Of a DNA stretch of 24,355 nt, positions 7,097 through 13,541 are shown piece after piece; position 1 is the stretch's first letter, and each line of letters opens with the position of its first letter. Made by a program: the position numbers and the translations under genes. The notes beneath the pieces were generated by a model. That model was not told the origin of the DNA and did not search any database. It saw only the letters and a list, made by a program, of their open reading frames with translations. Location of the stretch: NCBI GenBank assembly GCA_964631635.1, contig CAZVXG010000002.1, positions 1 to 24,355 on the forward strand, written 5' to 3'. The stretch comes from an uncultured bacterium. Lineage in GTDB: Bacteria; Chlamydiota; Chlamydiia; Chlamydiales; SM23-39.

Positions 7097-7261
7097 CTAA
7101 AAAAAACGAAAATTAACTTGTATATAAATAAAAAATAAATATAAACTAAAATATGTTTAATTTTAAAATTGATTTTTTATAACAGTGAACACAAAGTAAA
7201 TTCAAAAATTCGATAGACTTTTGCAGCGAGTTCGTGATATAAAAATTGCTCTATCCCGAAG

Positions 7262-7343
7262 CGGGAAACCAGGCCCTCCTCTGTCAAAGACAAGCGAGGC
7301 AGGCCGGGTATTTTCAAACCGACCCAGGCCTTAAGGCCTGGGT
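7262..7343. repeat. Dispersed structured element, copy B (82 bp), inverted relative to copy A
   Basis: Reverse complement aligns to 4144-4229. Includes the perfect 22-bp palindrome acccaggccttaaggcctgggt (7322-7343). Confidence 0.9.
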
Positions 7344-7361
7344 TCATTAAATGGGATAACC

Positions 7362-7643
7362 GTGGCAAATGAACTTCCGTTTCCTCAAGCCAAATCGACG
7401 ACATTGGAAAACCTGGAAGTAATCCAAACGAGCCTGATCCGCTGCGTAGGCGAAGGAATGATCGATCTGGAGGATACTTATTATAACGAGATTCTCGGGC
7501 TCATCGAGGAAGCCGAGATCGTCGATACGTGGGATGAGCTGATGGAGGTCATTACGCATGCCAAGACCCTAGAAAACGATGTAGCCGCCTGGCTTTCCGT
7601 GCATGGCCGTACGACCGTTTCCCTCCCCTGGCCAAGACGATGA
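7362..7643 (+). CDS. Small acidic hypothetical protein (93 aa)
   Basis: GTG start with a GGGA SD-like sequence. Amphipathic helical pattern; 17 Asp/Glu vs 6 Lys/Arg. Fits the gap before the convergent rlmB. Confidence 0.7.
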   Translation: MANELPFPQAKSTTLENLEVIQTSLIRCVGEGMIDLEDTYYNEILGLIEEAEIVDTWDELMEVITHAKTLENDVAAWLSVHGRTTVSLPWPRR

Positions 7644-7657
7644 GGGAAATGGCCCCA

Positions 7658-8437
7658 TTAGAAGTTTTTTACTTGATACAAAGCGATCAGGATCGAAGCG
7701 GCGGCCGAGACATTCAATGAGTCGATCTTCCCGTTCATCGGGATAAAAAGGGACCGGTCAGCCTTTTTGCGGATTAGAGGCTGAATCCCCTCCCCTTCAG
7801 ACCCGACAATGAGAAGAGTCCGTGGAGCAAAGGAGAAGGTAAAGGCATTCTCTGAGGAGGGATTTAAAAGAGCGGCGCATGCCTCAAAGCCCCCCTCCTG
7901 AAACTGCCCTACCGCTTCAGCCAGGTTGGAGATCCGGATTAAAGGAAGCAGTTCGCTTGCTCCGCAGCTAGCTTTTGCAACTGTTGGAGTAAGCCCAGCG
8001 CCCCGATTCTTCGACCAGGCGATCGCGTCGGCTCCCAAGCACTCGGCGCTCCGGATCAAGGAGCCAAAATTCTGCGGATCGAAGATCTGGTCGACCATCA
8101 AAACAAGAGACTTTTTTTTCCCTTCGATCCCTTGCAAAAATTGTTTCACGCTGAGAAAAGAGCGCCCTTTTACATGCGCGACTACGAATTGGTGCGATTC
8201 GGATTCAGTCATCCGGTTGAGCTGTTGCTGAGAGGCGATAGAGAAAGGAACCCCATTTTTTTCGCAAAGTTGTAAAAGCTCTGATTTCCTCCCTCCTTTT
8301 GGTTCCTCGATATAGACTCGGATCAGCCGCTCCGGAACATGGAGCAACAGTTCGCGTACAGCGTGGATGCCCATCACCAGCTGATCGCTTGGCGGTAGAC
8401 GGGAGCCAGGTTGGCGATAGGAATGGGGATCGTTCAT
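7658..8437 (-). CDS. rlmB: 23S rRNA (Gm2251) 2'-O-methyltransferase RlmB, SpoU/TrmH family
   Basis: N-terminal GIHAVRELL, SpoU motifs DPQNFGSLIRSA, GSEGEG and IPMNGKIDSLNVS. Confidence 0.9.
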   Translation of the reverse strand: MNDPHSYRQPGSRLPPSDQLVMGIHAVRELLLHVPERLIRVYIEEPKGGRKSELLQLCEKNGVPFSIASQQQLNRMTESESHQFVVAHVKGRSFLSVKQFLQGIEGKKKSLVLMVDQIFDPQNFGSLIRSAECLGADAIAWSKNRGAGLTPTVAKASCGASELLPLIRISNLAEAVGQFQEGGFEACAALLNPSSENAFTFSFAPRTLLIVGSEGEGIQPLIRKKADRSLFIPMNGKIDSLNVSAAASILIALYQVKNF

Positions 8438-8440
8438 CCG

Positions 8441-9409
8441 TTATAACTCTCTAGACACCATAAACCACCCTGAGATGGGAGTCCAGCGCACTTTGAGTTT
8501 TTGAGAGATCGTACTCGCTGCGGGCGCAGCAGCCGGTTGGATCGAAATGGTTTGGCTGTGGAGATTCGTTTCCAAAAGGGTCGAAGAGAAATAATGGATC
8601 TGGGTTCCAAAACCTACGCGCCATAGATTGGAAATTACGCAATCGATCTGCGCCCAACCCGTTTGGCCGATATTTCCATTCCCTTTAGTCCGAAAAAACC
8701 AGAAGGTTTCCTGTTGGCTGACCAGGTTGTGATCGAACAAAGAGACCGTTTTCCTGAACTGGGTTCTAAACCGAATATTTAGCCAATGATAGCTATACCC
8801 TCCATTGAAGATCAGCCTGTTGCCAGGTTCGATCATGAATCCAACGCCGACAAAAAAACCGTACCAGGCGGAATGGAGTCTGCCAGGAAGGAAGGATTGC
8901 ATCGCAAAAGAAGTCGCTCCGACGGCGTCTGTCGATTCCAATGGATTCGGCCGGCTGCCGCTCCTCCGGATCTGTTCGAAATGAGCGCTGTAGCCGACTA
9001 AAGGGAGCAGGATCGTTTTGTAGGTGCGATCGGCGGTGAGATTGACCGCGTAGCTGAACCTGCCTGAAGCGTCCGCCGCCCACCCATCTGTATCGAACCG
9101 GAATTGAGGCTGCTGAGCCGTGAATGGGAGATCGGAGTAGCGCTGGAAAAGGCTCCCTTTTCCAAAGGCCGCATAGCTCCCGCAAAGAAAGAAGGCAAGG
9201 TCGCGGTGGATGGCTTTTAAACTTAAACCATTCTCCCAGAATCCGACATCGCGGTACCGTTCGCTATACGTGAGAAGACCCGTCCCCCCTTCCTGTAAGT
9301 GCCAATGGAGCCGGTCGTTCCGATATCCGCTCAAAAGCTCGAAGCGAAGAGGTTCATTCATCGTAGCGGCCAGAGAAATGGCGAATAGAAAGGGCCAGAA
9401 AAATCTCAT
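8441..9409 (-). CDS. Outer-membrane beta-barrel protein, Pom (Protochlamydia outer membrane protein)/omptin-like
   Basis: Sec-type signal peptide, GYRxDxLxW near the N-terminus, alternating aromatic beta-strands (PLVGYS, WYGFFVGVG, GGYSYHW). Confidence 0.6.
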   Translation of the reverse strand: MRFFWPFLFAISLAATMNEPLRFELLSGYRNDRLHWHLQEGGTGLLTYSERYRDVGFWENGLSLKAIHRDLAFFLCGSYAAFGKGSLFQRYSDLPFTAQQPQFRFDTDGWAADASGRFSYAVNLTADRTYKTILLPLVGYSAHFEQIRRSGSRPNPLESTDAVGATSFAMQSFLPGRLHSAWYGFFVGVGFMIEPGNRLIFNGGYSYHWLNIRFRTQFRKTVSLFDHNLVSQQETFWFFRTKGNGNIGQTGWAQIDCVISNLWRVGFGTQIHYFSSTLLETNLHSQTISIQPAAAPAASTISQKLKVRWTPISGWFMVSREL

Positions 9410-9420
9410 GACGGAAGAGT

Positions 9421-10101
9421 TTATCCGATTTGCTTCAAGCTGTCGAGGTGTTGCGGCCGCTTGCGGGTGGACCAGTAGTCTGGGCCGTAGTCATAAAGGA
9501 GCTGCGCCCCTTTTGGAATCGGCTCATTTGCGAGCAAAATGATATGGCTGATCCTGTCGAATGTTGCGAGCGTCGAGAGTAAATTAGGGGTGTCGCTGTG
9601 GTTGATGAATCTGGCGATCCCCCCCTGGTTTTGAGCATCGATGATGTAAGGAGTAGGGACGCCCGCCGCTGCAGCATACTCGAAACAATAGGCGTTTTTC
9701 CTGTCTTCCCGCCGCCGCTTCCGTACTTTTCCGCAATATTCTCCGATGAATTCTCTCTTTTTGAAAGGTCGATGCGCAAAGACCCCCCAACCAATGTCAG
9801 GATCAATCCATCGGAAGATTATATCGGGAAGAAATAAGGATTCGATTTCCTTTCGATAATAGCTGCCCAGCCAAAGCTGATGACGGGTGAACTCCCCCCG
9901 TTTATGGAGCTGCTCAGTCCGCGCGGCGAGTCTTTGCAAGGTCTTCCGATCTCCGAAGTCTAACTGAGGAACAAACGCAAAGTTGGTAAGCGCTTCGAAT
10001 TCCGGGATCGAGAGGAGCTTTTCCTCTTCCTCGATTTCGACGCGGATCGAACCGCTGACGCGGCGCAGGGGCGGAAGTGACGGAAGATCCTTAAAGAGCA
10101 T
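9421..10101 (-). CDS. SET-domain protein lysine methyltransferase (chlamydial NUE/CT737-like size and architecture)
   Basis: GWGVFA, IGEYCG, RFINHSDTPN and LLYDYG motifs. Start moved to ATG 10101 (226 aa), which overlaps the upstream TAA (TAATG). Confidence 0.88.
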   Translation of the reverse strand: MLFKDLPSLPPLRRVSGSIRVEIEEEEKLLSIPEFEALTNFAFVPQLDFGDRKTLQRLAARTEQLHKRGEFTRHQLWLGSYYRKEIESLFLPDIIFRWIDPDIGWGVFAHRPFKKREFIGEYCGKVRKRRREDRKNAYCFEYAAAAGVPTPYIIDAQNQGGIARFINHSDTPNLLSTLATFDRISHIILLANEPIPKGAQLLYDYGPDYWSTRKRPQHLDSLKQIG

Positions 10102-11069
10102 TAAAATAATTTTGGCTTTTGATGATGTCCCTTCCAGAAAACAGCGCCGTAATCGAAGGTGAGTTGCTCTCCCTCGTGGATCTCTTTCAAAGCGACGAAG
10201 ATCATCCTGGGAATGCCTCTCCAATAAACTGATTGCAATCCTAAATTTGGCTGAGCGGAGTGGTTGATGAACCGGGTGAAATTCCCCATCTTTTCCGCAT
10301 CGAGGACATATTTCCTGCCTCCCATTTCCCAGATCGCATAGCGGATGTAATGGAACTTGGATTTCAACGCTCTTTTTTTTGCCTCTACCAATTGGCCTGT
10401 GTATTCCCCTACAAGAGCGCACGGGGAGATCCGTTGCGCGGCAAAAACTCCGAATCCCACCTCGTCGTCGATAAAACGAAGGGAGACCTTGGGATGGATG
10501 TCTGCGAGGAGCTCGTAATCGAAATAGATCCCCATCCAGATCCTTTCATTGGGAATCGCATCCTCCGCTTTTGCTTTTTGCGCCAGGCGCATCACCTCGC
10601 GGAGTACTTTTTCCGATTCGAAAAGAGGCTGGGAAATGTACGTCAAATCATACAAGGCCTCGAAGCGCTTTCTGTCCTCAAAAGATACGTTGGGCTGCTC
10701 GCAAAAGATAATACTGGGAGAAGGTCGGAGGATGGAGATGATTTTTTCACGCGGAAGCAGCCGCGCCAATTCCACTGGCGTCAAGCCCGACGCATTCCTC
10801 CGCCGTTTCAAATGCGGCTGCTCTCTTGCGGCCGCCTCCGCGATATCGGCCAGGTTCAACAAAACAGCTAAGTGGAGGACCGAATAGCTCTCTCCTGTAG
10901 ACGCCAAGCGGGAGAAGAGATAGGCATCTCTTGGATGCCGTTGAAGAAACTCCTCCCAGGACAGCTTTCCCTCTGAAAGGAGATTCAGTTCCGATTGGAA
11001 TTGGCCATCTGGCGGAGAGCCGTTTTCTGGCGCAGAAACGGAAAGAGGAAAAAAAAGAGCAGTCTCCAT
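10101..11069 (-). CDS. Ankyrin-like repeat plus SET-domain protein
   Basis: ANK-like YSVLHLAVLLN...GLTPVELA; SET motifs GFGVFA, VGEYTG, RFINHSAQPN and LTFDYG. Start ATG 11069 has a GGAGGT SD 7 nt upstream (alternative start 11108). Confidence 0.85.
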   Translation of the reverse strand: METALFFPLSVSAPENGSPPDGQFQSELNLLSEGKLSWEEFLQRHPRDAYLFSRLASTGESYSVLHLAVLLNLADIAEAAAREQPHLKRRRNASGLTPVELARLLPREKIISILRPSPSIIFCEQPNVSFEDRKRFEALYDLTYISQPLFESEKVLREVMRLAQKAKAEDAIPNERIWMGIYFDYELLADIHPKVSLRFIDDEVGFGVFAAQRISPCALVGEYTGQLVEAKKRALKSKFHYIRYAIWEMGGRKYVLDAEKMGNFTRFINHSAQPNLGLQSVYWRGIPRMIFVALKEIHEGEQLTFDYGAVFWKGHHQKPKLF

Positions 11070-11176
11070 ATCGTACACCTCCCTCGGCTGTTTTTTTTTG
11101 AAGAACATAACCTATTAGCACTTCAACAACCTTTATACAAGTTTTTTTGGAGTTCAAGAGAAAAAAGAGCCGGTGT

Positions 11177-11557
11177 TTAACTATCAATGAATGCTTTAGC
11201 TCTCAGCGTCTGAGCCTGTTCCTGCAGAAGCCGGTGCATTTCTTCTCGGGAAATCTCATTCTTCTTGCCGAAGAGGCGATGGTAGAGATTATAGGAGATT
11301 CCAGCGACTAAAAGAAAAAGAACCATTTGCCCTGGAACCCCATAATATTCCCCCGTTTTTTCCCAGGTCCATTTCGCATGGTCGGCGATTGGAGTCGTTT
11401 TCTTTTGCATCCAATCTGCAGCCGACTGGGCGGATTGATAGGCTCTCTCAGCGCGTTCGCAAAGCGGTTTGCAATAGGCGTCGAATTCCCACGGTTTCAG
11501 ATAGTCTTTACAGGTTTTTTGAAACGAAGTGCAAAAGGCCGAGCTAGGCATAGGCAT
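11177..11557 (-). CDS. Hypothetical protein with one TM helix (126 aa)
   Basis: ORF overlaps the upstream gene by 14 bp. TM segment MVLFLLVAGISYNLY is flanked by helical charged regions. Confidence 0.6.
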   Translation of the reverse strand: MPMPSSAFCTSFQKTCKDYLKPWEFDAYCKPLCERAERAYQSAQSAADWMQKKTTPIADHAKWTWEKTGEYYGVPGQMVLFLLVAGISYNLYHRLFGKKNEISREEMHRLLQEQAQTLRAKAFIDS

Positions 11558-12299
11558 TAAAATCCTTCTTCAACTCTTTTTTATCTTCTTCGCCTTTTGG
11601 GCGAGTCCAAAACCAAGCCAGCGCAAGCAAGGCGAAAGTTGTAGCTAACGATATTTTGTCCTCGATCTCCTGTGTGTTAACTCCCGTTGCCGTCGCAGCG
11701 AAACATAGGAAACTTGCCTTCGCAGAAGATTCGTCAGCACAGTCCGCAGCCATGCCTGCCGCATTGCCGACTGGAGAGGGAAGTTCGCTTAGAATACACA
11801 GCGCCTTAGCGATCAACCCGCGTTTTGTGAGAAAGCATTGTCCGCCATTGCCGACGAAACGAGCGGCTTGAACAGGAGGAGTTTGGGCAAGCTCACTTCT
11901 TGCCCAAGCCTGCTTTATGCACGCAGCGCTTCCCGTGGAGAAAGGAAGGGGACATTGAAGCAAGTCTCCAAATCCATTGACTTCCGGAAACAAGTCGGTT
12001 TGTTGATTTACGGCGGTTTGTTGATTAACAAGAGTGTCTTGGGCAACCTCGTCTGTTTTCCGAGCCGTCTGGCCGCTGAGGAAAGCATGGTCGTAAATTT
12101 TTGAGACGACAGCCAACTGAGCGCCTTCGCCGATTGCTCCTCCGATGAATCCCAATGGATATTTTACTAGAGGTCCTCCGAGCCCGCCAATTGCCTTACC
12201 CGCCCGCCAACCCCATCTGGAGCCTAAAGTTGAGGCATACAAGAGATAGCCAAGGACTGTGACGGTGGCTGTAAAAGAATTTCTGTAAGCCGCTACCAT
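11544..12299 (-). CDS. Hypothetical membrane protein (251 aa; Gly-rich hydrophobic N-terminus, 6 Cys, C-terminal TM)
   Basis: AAGGA SD and a near-consensus promoter upstream. Contains an 18-bp duplication (VNQQTx x2; cggtttgttgatt at 11996 and 12014). Confidence 0.65.
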   Translation of the reverse strand: MVAAYRNSFTATVTVLGYLLYASTLGSRWGWRAGKAIGGLGGPLVKYPLGFIGGAIGEGAQLAVVSKIYDHAFLSGQTARKTDEVAQDTLVNQQTAVNQQTDLFPEVNGFGDLLQCPLPFSTGSAACIKQAWARSELAQTPPVQAARFVGNGGQCFLTKRGLIAKALCILSELPSPVGNAAGMAADCADESSAKASFLCFAATATGVNTQEIEDKISLATTFALLALAWFWTRPKGEEDKKELKKDFNAYA

Positions 12300-12326
12300 A
12301 CCAGATCCTTATTTATGAGTGCATAT

Positions 12327-12355
12327 AGTATCGTTTATTTTCTTATTAATGTCAA
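12327..12355 (-). promoter_or_regulatory. Sigma66/sigma70-type promoter
   Basis: Minus strand: TTGACA (12355-12350), 17 bp, GATACT (12332-12327), 27 bp upstream of ATG 12299. Confidence 0.65.
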
Positions 12356-12457
12356 ATTCAATAGATAATTAACTGCGCTTTTCATAGATCTGGCATCGAA
12401 GAGAACGCAAGTGCAATGCATAGAACTGCTCCGCGAAAAAAAATGTATTAGATAAAT

Positions 12458-12485
12458 TATTATCTCCGACAAATGGGAGATAATA
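12458..12485. promoter_or_regulatory. Perfect 10-bp inverted repeat with 8-bp spacer in a divergent intergenic region
   Basis: tattatctcc-gacaaatg-ggagataata. Confidence 0.45.
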
Positions 12486-12669
12486 GAGGCCATAGCCCAG
12501 ACTTGCGGAAAAATCGATCATCGTCGGATTGGTTGAGCGGCTGGTCATGAAAACGCTTCCATTTGTTATTTTGCGGCAAACTCAATTCTAGCAGGCTACT
12601 CGTCACTTTGCAACTGAAATAAATTCAACCAGTTACGAATAAATTCTTTCGGTTGATTTTTTCGGTGTC

Positions 12670-12707
12670 ACTATTCTAAAATAAGTGGGTACTATCTAAA
12701 ATAAGTG
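12670..12707 (+). repeat. Direct repeat with 20-bp period immediately upstream of adk
   Basis: tctaaaataagtg at 12675-12687 and 12695-12707, each preceded by acta(t). Confidence 0.8.
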
Positions 12708-12723
12708 AGTATTGAGAAGGACA

Positions 12724-13503
12724 ATGAGATTTTTGATTGGATGGATTGTTATGTTTACAGCGGCTTTGGCAGGAGAAGCGAACGCCGGAATTTCGGCCAA
12801 CGGAATTGGCACCCAAGACCGGGTGCAGGAAGCGCCGTTCGTGATCATTCTAATGGGGCCGCCTGGAGCGGGAAAAGGGACTCATGCAGTGCCGCTGAGC
12901 GATCACCTGCAGATCCCCCACATTTCCACGGGCGATCTTTTCCGTGAGAATATCCGCAACCAAACCTCTCTCGGACGGAAAGCGAAAAGCTATATCGATC
13001 AAGGGAAACTCGTTCCCGACGAAGTGGTTCTGAACCTGATCTTTGCAAGAGTTGAACAGGCCGATTGCAAACGGGGCTATATCCTCGATGGCTTCCCACG
13101 CACGGTGGCTCAAGCCAAAGCCCTGGATCAACACCTGCGAAGCCATTCTTGCCGGGTCTTTGCAGTGAACCTGGATGTTCCCGACGCTCTGCTCATCGAG
13201 CGGATTTCAGGGCGAATCGCTTGCAAAAATTGCGGCCAGCCCTATCACAAAAGCTACACTCCCCCGAAAAAAGAGGGCGTATGCGACAGTTGCAAAGGCG
13301 CTCTTTATCAGCGCGATGACGATCGGGAAGAGATCCTGCGGAAACGGCTGGAAGTCTATCATGCGCAAACCAAGCCGCTGATCGAGTACTACAGCCGGCA
13401 GAAAAATGTCTTGCGCGAAGTCGAGGCGTGGCAGGGTAAAGAAGAGGTCTTTCAATCGGTTCTGAAAGCGGTAGATGCTCCCGCAATGGCTTCAGCTGGT
13501 TAG
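12724..13503 (+). CDS. adk: Adenylate kinase (long, Zn-binding LID) with an N-terminal signal-peptide-like extension
   Basis: P-loop GPPGAGKGT, HISTGDLFR, LDGFPRT, LID CKNC-x16-CDSC and QRDDD. ATG 12724 follows GAGAAGGA. Confidence 0.95.
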   Translation: MRFLIGWIVMFTAALAGEANAGISANGIGTQDRVQEAPFVIILMGPPGAGKGTHAVPLSDHLQIPHISTGDLFRENIRNQTSLGRKAKSYIDQGKLVPDEVVLNLIFARVEQADCKRGYILDGFPRTVAQAKALDQHLRSHSCRVFAVNLDVPDALLIERISGRIACKNCGQPYHKSYTPPKKEGVCDSCKGALYQRDDDREEILRKRLEVYHAQTKPLIEYYSRQKNVLREVEAWQGKEEVFQSVLKAVDAPAMASAG

Positions 13504-13508
13504 ATATT

Positions 13509-13540
13509 TGAGCCAGTTGCAAAACTCCACGTCTGGCTCA
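13509..13540. terminator. Inverted repeat between convergent adk and ankyrin genes (possible bidirectional terminator)
   Basis: tgagccag (13509-13516), 16-nt loop, ctggctca (13533-13540). The large loop and weak U-tracts lower confidence. Confidence 0.4.
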
Positions 13541-13541
13541 T

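Noticed and set aside
6356-7260. Xer-integrated mobile element (IMEX or prophage) at dif
   Set aside because: No second dif-like site and no replication, integrase or phage genes; only AT-richness supports foreign origin.
7177-7404. 75-aa minus-strand ORF across element copy B
   Set aside because: It is largely translated repeat, overlaps the 93-aa gene start and has no convincing SD. A degraded gene fragment at 7177-7260 cannot be excluded.
9421-10422. Track ORF giving a 333-aa SET protein
   Set aside because: The first ~107 codons overlap the upstream SET gene in another frame. ATG 10101 gives TAATG coupling and a NUE-like length.
11098-11123. CIRCE-like half site (TTAGCACTT) and a TTATGTTC dif-like half site upstream of the ANK-SET gene
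   Set aside because: No second CIRCE arm at 9-bp spacing and no XerC arm (ATAA) at 6-bp spacing.
12356-12700. Hidden small ORF or tRNA in the long intergenic region
   Set aside because: The frames I read are short and motif-free, and I saw no cloverleaf or T-loop (GTTCRA) with a compatible acceptor stem.
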